Positions 49,385-60,959 of a DNA stretch of 64,000 nucleotides are shown in pieces. Made by a program: the position numbers and the translations under genes. The stretch covers positions 23,198,413-23,262,412 of the forward strand of contig CM119266.1 of the NCBI GenBank assembly GCA_051294375.1, read 5' to 3'. Position 1 is the first letter of the stretch. Each line of letters opens with the position of its first letter. A model generated the notes under the pieces. It saw only the letters and a list, made by a program, of their open reading frames with translations, was not told the DNA's origin and made no database searches. Source of the DNA: Paraspadella gotoi (Eukaryota > Animalia > Chaetognatha).

Positions 49385-50071
49385 TCTACAGTTAGTCTTC
49401 ATCAGCATTGTGACAATCAATAATTTTTCTCGTTTAACATTAAGTTAGAGAGAAGGAGAGAGAGAGAGAGAGAAAAAGAGAGAGAAAGCGAGAGAGTGTA
49501 AGGGAGAGTTTCCAACAAAGAATTGAGAAAGGGATAGTGGTCAGATGTGAGGACAGGTGAAGGCAAGGACAGGGAAGAAGAAAGTCAGTTGAAATTTGAA
49601 ATTGAGGGAATGGGAGTGTGAGAGAGAGAGAGAGATAGAGAGAGAGAAAATCTTTACATTTGGTAATGTACAACAATAAAAAATGAAAATAATTTAGCAA
49701 ACTTAAAATTTAATGTTAAACTAATAGTAACAGAATAAATAAATAACTAAATTAGCTTAAAGGTTGGAAATGAAATAGAAGCATAAGTGAGAGTGATGAG
49801 GGATAGATAAGTAAAGAGTTAGTAAAATTATGTTGAGAAAAGAGCTCAAAATGAGCTGGCTCCCCCCCGGCCAGGCAAAGGTGGGACGTTGGCGATAAGG
49901 TCGGGTCATTGGCTTGTCATGGGCTGAGAGGATATGATTGTAGAGTGAGACATTTTAAGATCTGGTAAGGATCCTCCAAGAAAAATGCCGAGTGCCACCT
50001 GTAGAGTCGAAACATGTCCGAAAAAAATGTCCTAAAAATTCTTTGAAGCAAAACAAATAAATTGTTTTCCT
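49385..50071. mobile_element. Penelope-like pLTR fragment with internal inversion
   Basis: The minus-strand part ends TGCTGATGAAGACTAACTGTAGA. The plus-strand part starts CTGTAGAGTCGAAACATGTC and matches 44250-44320. Confidence 0.6.
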
Positions 50072-50195
50072 CCCTAAAGTTTAAATAGTAAAACATTCAT
50101 AAAATATAAAAATATAAGATAGTGAAATAAGTAATTTTGAAAATTTTCATATAAAACTAAAAAAATAACAAAATAGGATATTTTTTGGTATTAAT

Positions 50196-51359
50196 TTTTA
50201 GTCGGATCTGCTTATCAGCAGATCCCGACTCTATAATTCACTTTGTCGGTCCGTCGGTCCGCCCCCTCAATATTGTCGGGCACTAACTTATATCATGTCA
50301 AAACATCGAATTATGATAAATTATGCAAAAAAAATGATGTCCATCCGTCCGTCCGTCCATCCGTCCGTCCGTCCCACCTTAGCAAAAAACACCAATTACT
50401 CGTGATTGGATTGATGGATTTGAATAAAATTTTGTGTGTGGATAGGTAAGTGTGTGATTGAGCTGGATATGAAGTTTCGATGGAATCGTCGGAGTGGAAA
50501 TGAGTTTAAATGGAAAAAACAAAAAAAAATATATTTACTATTTGAATACCAATTGCTCATGAGTGGATGGACTGATTGACCTGGAATTTTGTATGTGGGT
50601 AGGAAGTGTGTGATTGAACAGGAAATCAAGTTTCGATGGAATAGCTTGAGTGGAAATGAGTTTAAATGGAAAAAAACAAAAAACCTGTTTCACTAATTGA
50701 TTATGCTTCTTTTTCCTTTTATATTAAATGTATATGCAGGATGTATTAATAAATCAAATAATTAATCAGTTAATCAATTAGTAAATAAATTAATCAATAA
50801 TTAATTAATTAGTCAATCAATCCGTCCATCCATCCCACCTTAGCAAAAACCTCCAATAACTCGTGATTGGTGGTTGGATTGGAATTAAATTTTGTGTGTG
50901 GGTAGGAAAGTGTGTGATTAAGATGGATTTAAAGTTTCGATGGAATCGTGTGAGTGGAAATTAGTTTAAATGGAAAATACATAAGTCGCATTTACTAAAA
51001 TCTTTTTACTTATTTTAACTAATAAATACTCTAATTAATCATAATTGGATGGATAGATTGAGTTGAAATTTTGTGTGTGAGGAGGAAAATGCGTGACGAA
51101 GCTTGATATAAAGTTTTGGTGGAAACGTACCAGTGGAAATGAGTTTAAATGAAAAAAAATATGAGTCACATTTACTTGAATCTTTTTATTTATTTTAATC
51201 CATGATAGATTGAGATGAAATTCTGTGAGCCGGTAGGAAAGTGAGTGAAGAAGCTAGATATAAAGTTTTGACGGAATGCAAGTTGAAAAAATGATGCAAG
51301 TTGAAAAAATGATGCAAGTTAAAAAAATCTTAAAAGCATAAGGATCGTCGCAATTGCAT

Positions 51360-51401
<42 letters not shown>

Positions 51402-51791
51402 TGAGAGAGAGAGAGAGTGAGAGAAAGAAAGAAAGAGAGAAGCTTGGCTCTCTACGCCTCTTGAGGTGAGAATGGTCCACTTGGTCGCAACGTAATCTGA
51501 CGAAAAGTATCCCAAACGTTTGTGTAACTGAAGCTCGAAAATGTCGGAAGGAAAAAATGCGGGAATCAAAGTAAATAAATGTAATAAATGTAGGTAACGA
51601 GACGAAATCTAGGCAAAATCGAGATCAAATCGAGAAGAATCTATGAATCGTAGAGAAATCCAATAAATCGTAGAGAAAACTTCAGTAAAAACGTAGTAGG
51701 AACTTTGTAAGAAAGTAGTTGACGGTCTCTCTAAAATGTGATCCAGTGAATCTATCTTAGTCTTGTCTGATTTCGTCCAAGTAAAGTTTAT

Positions 51792-51826
<35 letters not shown>

Positions 51827-52298
51827 AAGAGTGGAGAAAGAGTCAGGTCAGTTCCTGTCCGGTCGATCGGTCAATCGGTCGAATGGTTTAGATCTGGCCG
51901 TCTCCGTCGGTCTCGGCCTTTTCTCTTCAGTGAGAGAGAGAGTGAGAGAGAGAGAGAGAGAAGGAGACATAAAATAAAATAGAGGATATTTGTTTGTTTT
52001 GATAAAATGTAAACAAAACATTTAATAACTGTCCTGACTCAATTTTAAGGACATCGATGATGACAAGCTGAATATAAATTATAATTAATTATTATAACAA
52101 AGTTTTGATTTTATTTGCTAAGATACAAAAATAAAATCGTTGTACAAATTAAATCAAAACTTTGTTATTCTCTCAAAAACAACGAAAGAAAGTATTATAC
52201 CATGAATTAATTATTAAAATTAATTAATTAATTAATCGATTAATTAATTAATTAATTAATTATCGTAGGCAGATCCGACATTGTTTGCTCAAACTTGT
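50196..52298 (+). mobile_element. DINE-1/Helentron-like family A element, ~2.1 kb
   Basis: 5' GTCGGATCTGCTTATCAGCAGATCCCGAC and 3' GCAGATCCGACATTGTTTGCTCAAACTTGTT. Confidence 0.75.
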
Positions 52299-52897
52299 TA
52301 AACAAAATCTTTATCAAATATAAAACTTTAATTAGCTCAACATTGAAATTCAATTAGTTTTAGCCCAAATATTTTTAATGAAAGATAAAATAACTTTCTA
52401 AAAAAAATTAATAGCTAAAAATATGTTTGGTGTTTGGTATTTGGTGTTTGGTGATTGGGGTTGGAGTCTATTATATAGTTGTTTTTAATTAAGATAAACA
52501 TTTTTAGTATGTTCAAGAATCAAGAATGTCATTCTTTACACTGAGTTAAAATCTTTGTTAATGATGAAATTTTTTTAGATTTTTTTATTTGAAAATCTGT
52601 AGACAGCTCATTTTGAGCTTTCTTTATTATTTGTTAATTTTTTTATTTATCAATGAATTAATCTTCTTTAATAATTTTATTGGTTCTGGGTCTGGTAGTA
52701 GCCAAGTAGTTTACATACTTAATGCTGATACTCATATTTCATGCCATCTGGGAAAAATATTTTTGGGCTTAAAATATAGTAATAACAAATTGAAAATATA
52801 GTTGATAACACAATTAAAACAATAAAAGAATATATATTGTTTTATTTATCTTTAAAACTAAATATAAACAAAATATTTTGATTCAGAAATTGCCTAT

Positions 52898-53111
52898 TGT
52901 GGAGCAACAATGACAACAACACGCAACCTCGGTCGAAACTGACCTTACCAACCTTACCCTCGATCATTTCCCTCATTCTCTTTATGGTCAATCTTTGACC
53001 TTGTAAATATCCATTGTTATAGACTTAGCATCTGAGCCTTTTTGACTGTTATTGTTATTAATCTTGTTGAAGAATATATTCATTCTTAATCTGAAATTTG
53101 TTGCGTCCACA
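52898..53111 (+). repeat. 5' LTR
   Basis: TGTGGAGCAAC...GTTGCGTCCACA; only one mismatch seen versus the 3' LTR. Confidence 0.97.
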
Positions 53112-53280
53112 CGTGGTGAGCCCTGTGAAAAAACGAAACAAAAAAAAAAACCAAAAAAAAAAACCAAAAAAACAAATAAAAAATATCTCAACTCATTTTT
53201 TTTTCTCTTTGATGTCCCGTCGACCAAGTATCTTACGTCCCCCATCGCCCGCCGACGAGGAAGAAGAGACAATGCCAGTA

Positions 53281-54428
53281 ATGAATCGCAACGCCTCCCA
53301 TTCCGACGGCGCCGGCCACGACGAGGCGTTCCACGACGCCGCCGCCTCATCTGCCCCATCTCTTGAAAATAAAATTGAAAAACTTTTCGAAATGTTTTAC
53401 CAATTGAACTCAAAACTTGCTTCGATCACGGAGAGGTCAAATCCTACATCAGCAGACGCCAGCACCGCCTCCACGGAGTTGCCTTCCCCAGTGGAAGACA
53501 ACGACGCCGGCGACGCCGCCTCCACAGGCGACGCCGTCCGCCCCCGTCCTTCCTCTGACGCCCCCGCAAGAAGGCGTAGCCCAAAACTAACTACCTTCGA
53601 CCCCGACCACATTGAGGAGTGGTTGGACCACACCGCCGTGGAATTTGGCGCCACCGGCGTCACCGACCCGGCGGAAAAAAAGGCGCATATCCTCTGCGCC
53701 ATCCCAATCGCCCGGCACCGCCTGATACCACATCCCCTACGAGTGGACGAAGGCGCGGACGCCCATATCAACCTGGTCAACCACTTAAAGAGCGTCTATG
53801 GTGAAGACGCCAACCGACGCGCTGCCAAGGCGTTGAAAATGACGTCACTAAAAGGCGTCACTCCCTCTCAACACCTCTCCGCCATTGACGCCGTTCTTGA
53901 AGGCCTCACGATCGACCACATAAGGCCGCCATCTTGGCTGCCGCTCTCCCACTGAGCGTCAGAGAACATGCGGTCAGAAAAGACAAGAAGCCCGTCGACA
54001 TCGCCAAGGACGCCGACGAGTTCTTCCTCCCTTCTGGCCAACTTCGTAGCTCTGACCGTAACTCAGTATCGGTAAACGCCATCAACCCTATTGAGACAGT
54101 GATCGACGAACCACTGGACGTCTCTAACGAATCTCAAAACGACGCCGACGACGCCAGCTTCTCATATGCAAATGCAGTTCGCCGACCTGCACCACGCTCG
54201 ACACAGCATCCCTCATTTCAACAGCGCCCGCAGCAGCAGCGCCAGCAGCAGCAGCGCCGCCCCATCCTGATACCCCGCTCTGCCCCACTACGTGAACCAC
54301 CTCCAGGTGAAACCAAATGCTTCTATCACTACCACTTCAACACCAACGCTCACAAATGCCACGGCACCAATCGCGATGGCCGCCCGTGCCCAATGGCACC
54401 GTCAAATGCCAACGCCGGCGGCCGCTAG
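53281..54428 (+). CDS. gag: Gag polyprotein (one frameshift near 53930)
   Basis: ORFs 53098-53955 and 53934-54428 join: PKLTTFDPDHIEEWL...TPSQHL, then CFYHYHFNTNAHKC...C and terminal NANAGGR*. Confidence 0.8.
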
Positions 54429-57400
54429 TCGCCCGCGTCGCCGGCCATAACGACTCAAAACTTTTTCTCGTGCGCGACCCTGACGCCGGCCTGGAGTGGC
54501 TCGTCGACGGCGGCTCAGAGGCGACCCTTATACCCGCCTCTACCGCCGATCGCGCCGCCGCTAAATCAAACCCCGCCGCCGTTCAGGCGGCGCTCTCCGC
54601 CGCCAATGCCCCGCCACTCCGCGCCGCCAACGACACGCCCATCGAAACTTTCGGCGTCCGAGAGATGGGAATTCGACTCGGGAAACGCATTTTCCCTTAC
54701 CTAGTAATCATTGCCGATGTCGCCACGCCCATTCTCGGCGCCGATTTCCTGATGGAACACCATCTCGGCGTCGACCATCAGCGCCGAATCCTCCTCGATC
54801 TCGATGATTACATGGTCATCGCCGGCCATGCTCGTGACGCCGCGTCCACCGCGGCGCCCCCTCGCGTCTTACATGTCCGCGACGCCTACTCCGCGCTCCT
54901 TGATGAGCGGCCAGAACTGACAAAACTCGTCTTCAACTCGGCGCCGCCCAAGCACGGCGTCGAGCATCATATTCCGACGAAAGGTCCGCCCGTCTTCGCC
55001 CGTGCTCGCCGCCTCGCCCCCGATCAGCTCGCCGCTGCCAAGGCTGAGTTTCAAAAGATGGTAGAACTCGGCATAATCCGACGCTCTACTTCTGCTTGGG
55101 CATCGCCGCTCCACGTCACACGGAAACCCGATGGTTCCCTTCGTCCCTGCGGTGATTACAGGCGCCTCAACGGCGTCACCGTCGACGATCGCTACCCAAT
55201 CCGCCACCTCATGGACTTCAACGCCGACGTCGCCGGGAAGACGATCTTTTCGAAAATTGATTTATGTAAGGGATATCATCAGATCCCTGTCGCGAAAGAA
55301 GACCGTCATAAAACGGCGATAATCACGCCGTTCGGCCTTTATGAGTTCCTCTTCATGCCATTCGGTCTAAAGAATGCCGGTCAGGACTTTCAGCGCATGA
55401 TGGATCAAGTCCTGGCCGGCATCCCCCACGTCTTCGTCTACTTGGACGATCTCCTTGTAGCATCCCACTCTCACGAGGAACATCAAGAGGATCTCAAACG
55501 CGTCCTCAACGCCCTCGCCAACAACGGCCTCATCGTGAACCGCGCCAAGTGCGTCTTCGGCGCCTCCAGTCTGGAGTTTCTTGGCTACACCGTCGATAAA
55601 GATGGCGTCCGCCCACTTCCGGCGAAGGTCGAGGCGCTGCGTGCGATGACAACGCCCACCTCCGTGAAGGAACTGCAACGCTTTCTCGGCGTATTCAACT
55701 ACTACCGCCGTTTTGTTCCGCACGCCGCACATCACCTCGATCCTCTTCTCGAAGTTCTCCGCGGAAAACCACGCACACTAAAGTGGGCGTCGCCGCAAGA
55801 CGCCGCCTTCCGGGCAATTAAAGACGTACTCGCCGATGCAACAATGCTGGTCCACCCAATCGACGGCGCTTCCCTCGCTCTTACCGTTGACGCCTCTGAC
55901 GTTGCCGTCGGCGCTGTCTTGGAACAGCTCGTCGATGGTCAATGGCAACCTTTGGGGTTTCACTCAAAGCCACTGAAGCAAAATCAGCGCAAATGGCCGC
56001 CATTTGATAAAGAGCTTCTCGCCGCACACGCCTCAATCCGCCATTTCCGCCCTTATCTCGAAGGACGCCGCTTCACGCTCTTCAGTGACCACATATCGCT
56101 CGTTCCGGCGCTACGAAAGAAGGCAGAGCCCCATACAATGAGGCAGACTTACCAGCTGGCAGGCATCGCCGAATATACCGGCGATATTCGCCATATCGCC
56201 GGAAAGGCGAACGTCGTCGCCGATGCCCTCTCCCGCCCGCCAGCAAAAAAGCCGATTCCCCCTCCAACTCCGCCGCCATTGCCAATCCACGCAAATCGAC
56301 TGGAACCAGTCTCAAACGCGAACAAAGCGCGTGAGGATATCGCCGCCACCGTCAACGCCGTCGGCGCCCTACAAGTCAATTTCGAGGCATTGGCGGCCGA
56401 TCAAGCCACCGATGACGATGTCCAACGTCTCCTCAACGATCCGCACACGGCCCTGCGCCTCAAACACGTTCCCATCGGCAATACAACGCTCATATGCGAT
56501 ACTTCCGGTTCGAGAGCACGCCCACTCGTCCCTTCGTCATGGCGGCGACGCGTTTTCGACGCCACCCACGGCATCGCCCACCCGGGAGTCCGTGCATCCA
56601 AAAAACTTGTGACCACACGCTTTGTGTGGCCATCCGTCTCTTCCGATGTCGCGCGGTGGGCGGCGTCTTGCGACACGTGCCAACGCGCCAAGACGCAGCG
56701 CCACGTCCGCGCGCCGCTCCAACATTTCGAGCCACCGTCTAAACGTTTTGCTCACGTGCACATAGACCTTGTGGGGCCGCTACCAGCCGTTTCCGGCCAC
56801 ACCCATCTCCTTACCATGATTGACCGCTTCACGCGCTGGCCGGAAGTGGCGCCGCTCCGCGACACTTCCGCCGCCTCCGTCGCCGCCGCTTTTCTTCAAA
56901 ACTGGGTCTCCCACTTCGGCGTCCCCTCCGTCGTCACCACCGACCGAGGCGCCCAATTTACGTCTGAATTATGGCGCCAAGTGGCCGCGGTGGTCGGATT
57001 CGACCCATCTACAACAACCGCCTACCACCCTCAGTCAAACGGGATGGTAGAACGCCTCCATCGAACGCTGAAGTCGGCCCTTCGCGCCCGCTGTGACGCC
57101 GCCGGAGAAAACTGGTTGGCGCAACTTCCATGGACTCTTTTGAGCCTTCGTGCAACGCCACGTGAAGATTCCGACGCCTCGCCGGCAGAACTGACACTGG
57201 GCGAGACGCTGACGCTACCAAGCGAACTACTTCCGGTCCCAGCAACCGACGTCGACGCCGCCGCTCGCGCACGAATCCTTGATAATCTTCGAGCAGATGT
57301 GGCCCTCATGCAGCCTCTGCCGGTCGCTTGGCATGCGGCGCCGCCCTCTCACATACCGGAAACTCTCGCTGATGCCGACCACGTCTACGTCAGACGAGAC

Positions 57401-57769
57401 GGCCACTCGACGCCACTCCAGCCTCCATACGACGGCCCTTACCTCGTACGGGAACGCGGACTGAAAACGTTCAAAATCGAGATTCCGGGACGCGGAGTCG
57501 AAGTTATCTCCGTCGATCGATTGAAGCCGGCCGTCACAGACGAAGTCGCGCCTCCAGATCCCCCTCCAGCACGCCCACGCGGACGACCGCGTCGCTCTTC
57601 AGCACCCGCACCCCCGCCCCCAGAAACGGACGCGGCTCCAACCGCATCCGCCTTGACGCCGCAAGTCACTCGCCGACAATCTTCATCAATCCCCGGCCTT
57701 TTCAACATCCTTCCGACGATGCTTCAGCCGCCGGAAGATGACGACGAAAACAACGACGTAATCCAATGA
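54317..57769 (+). CDS. pol: Pol polyprotein (protease, RT, RNase H, integrase), -1 frame relative to gag
   Basis: WLVDGGS, ILGADF, RPCGDYRRLN, MPFGLKNA, YLDD, DASD, HPG...CDTC, HIDLVG, TDRGAQF, GMVER and GPY motifs in one open frame. Confidence 0.97.
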   Translation: MLLSLPLQHQRSQMPRHQSRWPPVPNGTVKCQRRRPLVARVAGHNDSKLFLVRDPDAGLEWLVDGGSEATLIPASTADRAAAKSNPAAVQAALSAANAPPLRAANDTPIETFGVREMGIRLGKRIFPYLVIIADVATPILGADFLMEHHLGVDHQRRILLDLDDYMVIAGHARDAASTAAPPRVLHVRDAYSALLDERPELTKLVFNSAPPKHGVEHHIPTKGPPVFARARRLAPDQLAAAKAEFQKMVELGIIRRSTSAWASPLHVTRKPDGSLRPCGDYRRLNGVTVDDRYPIRHLMDFNADVAGKTIFSKIDLCKGYHQIPVAKEDRHKTAIITPFGLYEFLFMPFGLKNAGQDFQRMMDQVLAGIPHVFVYLDDLLVASHSHEEHQEDLKRVLNALANNGLIVNRAKCVFGASSLEFLGYTVDKDGVRPLPAKVEALRAMTTPTSVKELQRFLGVFNYYRRFVPHAAHHLDPLLEVLRGKPRTLKWASPQDAAFRAIKDVLADATMLVHPIDGASLALTVDASDVAVGAVLEQLVDGQWQPLGFHSKPLKQNQRKWPPFDKELLAAHASIRHFRPYLEGRRFTLFSDHISLVPALRKKAEPHTMRQTYQLAGIAEYTGDIRHIAGKANVVADALSRPPAKKPIPPPTPPPLPIHANRLEPVSNANKAREDIAATVNAVGALQVNFEALAADQATDDDVQRLLNDPHTALRLKHVPIGNTTLICDTSGSRARPLVPSSWRRRVFDATHGIAHPGVRASKKLVTTRFVWPSVSSDVARWAASCDTCQRAKTQRHVRAPLQHFEPPSKRFAHVHIDLVGPLPAVSGHTHLLTMIDRFTRWPEVAPLRDTSAASVAAAFLQNWVSHFGVPSVVTTDRGAQFTSELWRQVAAVVGFDPSTTTAYHPQSNGMVERLHRTLKSALRARCDAAGENWLAQLPWTLLSLRATPREDSDASPAELTLGETLTLPSELLPVPATDVDAAARARILDNLRADVALMQPLPVAWHAAPPSHIPETLADADHVYVRRDGHSTPLQPPYDGPYLVRERGLKTFKIEIPGRGVEVISVDRLKPAVTDEVAPPDPPPARPRGRPRRSSAPAPPPPETDAAPTASALTPQVTRRQSSSIPGLFNILPTMLQPPEDDDENNDVIQ

Positions 57770-57816
57770 CTTCTCAAGCCTTCTCCCCATCCGGTCAAAG
57801 CCTTGGTGGGGGGATG

Positions 57817-58030
57817 TGTGGAGCAACAATGACAACAACACGCAACCTCGGTCGAAACTGACCTTACCAACCTTACCCTCGATCATTTCCCTCATTCTCT
57901 TTATGGTCAATCTTTGACCTTGTAAATATCCATTGTTATAGACTTAGCATCTGAGCCTTTTTGACTGTTATTGTTATTAATCTTGTTGAAGAATATATTC
58001 ATTCTTAATCTGAAATTTGTTGCATCCACA
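57817..58030 (+). repeat. 3' LTR
   Basis: Direct repeat of 52898-53111, preceded by the PPT and followed by CTAT. Confidence 0.97.
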
Positions 58031-58261
58031 CTATATTAATTAAGAAAAATCATTTTTTTACCTAGGCAATTTCAGTAACACTTTGCTCAGTTAATCAGGC
58101 AAAATATTACCTAAGTTCACCCCTTAAGGCATCACAGGCAATCCCATACCACCATCTTTTAATATTGGCCCGTCGGTCTACCCCCACAATCTTGTCGATA
58201 AGCCACTTAAATCATGTTAGAACATCAAATTATGATAAATTAGGCAAAAAAATCGATGTTC

Positions 58262-58471
58262 GTCTTGGCGACGAACTTTCCACCAACAACAACAATTCAC
58301 TGAAGAGACGCAACAGAGAGCGGCCATTGGTGCAGGAGGAAAGTCATTCGCCTCCCAACCTGGTGGTCGCCTTGCAGTTAACCCGCCAATAACACAGTGT
58401 TACAACCTGATCCGAGTCTCAGGGACTGCTTATATCGAACAGTTCTGTCACTAACTCATAACAATTATTAC
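58262..58471 (+). mobile_element. Fragment of the tRNA-containing TRIM (internal domain plus deleted LTR)
   Basis: CCACCAACAACAAC..CACTGAAGAGACGCAACAGA matches the TRIM interior and is followed by LTR sequence. Confidence 0.65.
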
Positions 58472-58749
58472 TTAATTAATTAATTATCTGATCAGATCCA
58501 GGATGGTTATTGGTTAGTACAAACTTGTTTGTTTTTTGGGTTTTTTTCTTTTCGTCATGACAAAAGCAACGACGATGATGATGGCGATGAAATTTCTTCT
58601 ATTCTAGAGCAATTGGCGTTCAAAGCTTAGGGGGGACGGACAGATGGACGGACATCATTTTTTTTTCCATAAATTCTTTCTTTTCGTTGTGTTTTAAATT
58701 GAGAAAAAAGTTTGAATTGGATTCAACAACGATTTATTTTAATATATTT

Positions 58750-60765
58750 AGGCGAAAATCTTGCTTAAAAATAATTCAAAATTTTTCTAATATAGATTTC
58801 CATTCGAATCTGACTGCCCAAATTTACAAACGAGCCTGCAAGAAATTCCGGTAGAAAACAGTTGTAAAAACACACGATTCCGATAGCTTTTTATCTCAAG
58901 AGATCGTTCCTTTCTTCTTGTGGCATTTGATAAAGATTTTACTATCAAACAAGCCAGGGGAAATGGACTACTATTTCCATACCTCATTTTTACTATAGAA
59001 ATGAAAGGGAAATTTCACTTTTTTAAAATTATTAACGGGATTATGCTATGTTAGCATTATAAATAACACTTCAAATTATGAGATTCCAAAAGCCTTGTGT
59101 CCCTAGAGCTCATTCTATTTTTCTTTTTATTATTGACCAATTTTTTTCATGTTAAACCAACATGGTAAAGTGAATTGGTCCAGTTTTCATCGCAAATTTT
59201 TTATTTAAAAAGAAATTAAAAGGAAGGTTGAGAGAAAAAACTTATTTTTCCTAATATCTTTTGAAAGAACAAAGATAAAGGGATGGCAATTGTACCAAAA
59301 TGAAGCCATAATCATAGGGCACATACAAGATACAATTTTAGAATTACTTTTGCTGAAATCTCTTTACAGGGTGAGTGTCAAACTAAGTCAAAATTATAAT
59401 GAATTTTAAAACTATTGACACCCCATAAGAATAAATAAAAATTAAATTCTTTTTAATGATTCTGAAAGAAAAAAGGCTAAATTGTACTCTAGTAAAACTT
59501 AAAAGTTTTTTGGATAAAGAAAATGTAAATGCTTACAAAATTTTACAAAATATTATTAACCCCATCACAGTCTAAGTATTTATCTTTCTTTTCCACCAAC
59601 AAAAAGTAAACATTATCTTATTTTAGAGAACAGGGATGTTTACTGAAAGGAGCCAGAAGATGTTCAACTTCTTCACTTTAATGTTAGTTTTCAATAATAA
59701 AATAGGCGAATTTTTTAATTACTCAATTTTCACAGGCTTCACAAGACATTACACTTTCACAATATCCTAATCTTAATGTAATGTATTATATTTTTTTACA
59801 TAGAAATTATAAAAGATTAGAAAGTGGTGGATTCCTTTCGCTCATTAAAGTGAAAAAAAATTAACTAGCGGAATTATAAGTTTGTAAGTGGCAGTCAGAA
59901 TCGGCGAAAATCTTATAAGACGCAGAGACAGATCACGCTTAATTTCATGTGCACGAAAAAAAAATTATCGGTCATTGAATTTACTTTGTCTGACCATTTG
60001 TACTAACAAGCCATCCCTTCCTGACAGTTATTCTGGACAAATACATGCAAAATATGATTCGGCCCAGAATAATACAGTAAAATACAGTGTAAAAGTTGAA
60101 ATTTGGACTAGATACTTTGTTTCTCTGAATTCTTAAAGTCTTTTGATTTTCTAATTTGAACTCTTTTCCACTCCTGTGATTCCATCCAAAAATTTATATC
60201 CAGCTTTATCACATACTTTCCTACCCACACACAAAATTCCATATCAATTTATCTATCCAATTTTTAATAAACATAATAATTATAAGTAAATTTAAGTAAA
60301 AATACTTCAAGTAAATATGACTTTTGTTTTTTCCATTTTAACTCATTTCCACTTGCACGATTCCATCGAAACTTTATATCCAGCTCAATCACACACTTTC
60401 CTACCATCATACAAAATTTTAAGTCAATTGCCCTATCCGCTCATGAGCAATTGGCGTTTAAATAGTAAAATAGATTTTTTGGTTTTTTCTATTTAAACCA
60501 ATTTCCACTCGCATAATGATTTACCGACAATATTTTGGGGTGGGACCGACGGACCGACAAAGTGAAATATAGAGTCGGAATCTTCTGATAAGCAGATCCG
60601 ACTAAAAAGGGGTAGAATTTTGATGGGTTTCTTAAGATTTCTCTACAATGTGAGGTCCGATTGAAGCGAAACTTGAGATTTACAATATTCCCGTCATTCC
60701 ACATCTATTAATATAAAAATATAAGGAAAAAGCTACTGGCTTCTTTTTCTATAGCGGCTTCCTAA
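58750..60765 (-). repeat. Inverted copy of the 18002-19239 repeat, interrupted by a family A element fragment (60130-60606)
   Basis: Colinear reverse-complement similarity on both sides of the insertion. Confidence 0.7.
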
Positions 60766-60959
60766 TATATTTCAGACAGACCGACAATGTGAATAATAGA
60801 GCCGCAATATGCTGATAAGCAGATCCGGCTAAAAAAAAATTGAGTAAACAATGCCGGATTTGATTAATTATTATTTAATTAATAATTTAAATAATTACCG
60901 CTAATGATCGTGGACAGATCCGTCATTGTTTGTTCAAACTTGTTTATTTTCTATTCTAG

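Larger units (their letters stand above)
52898..58030 (+). mobile_element. Full-length Ty3/Gypsy LTR retrotransposon, CsRn1-like lineage
   Basis: 214-bp TG..CA LTRs, 4-bp TSD CTAT, PBS TGGTGAGCCC, PPT GGTGGGGGG, gag with CHCC knuckle, pol order PR-RT-RH-IN. Confidence 0.97.

Noticed and set aside
54869-57910. Numerous overlapping and antisense ORFs within pol
   Set aside because: Expected by-products of GC-rich coding sequence; no recognisable motifs.
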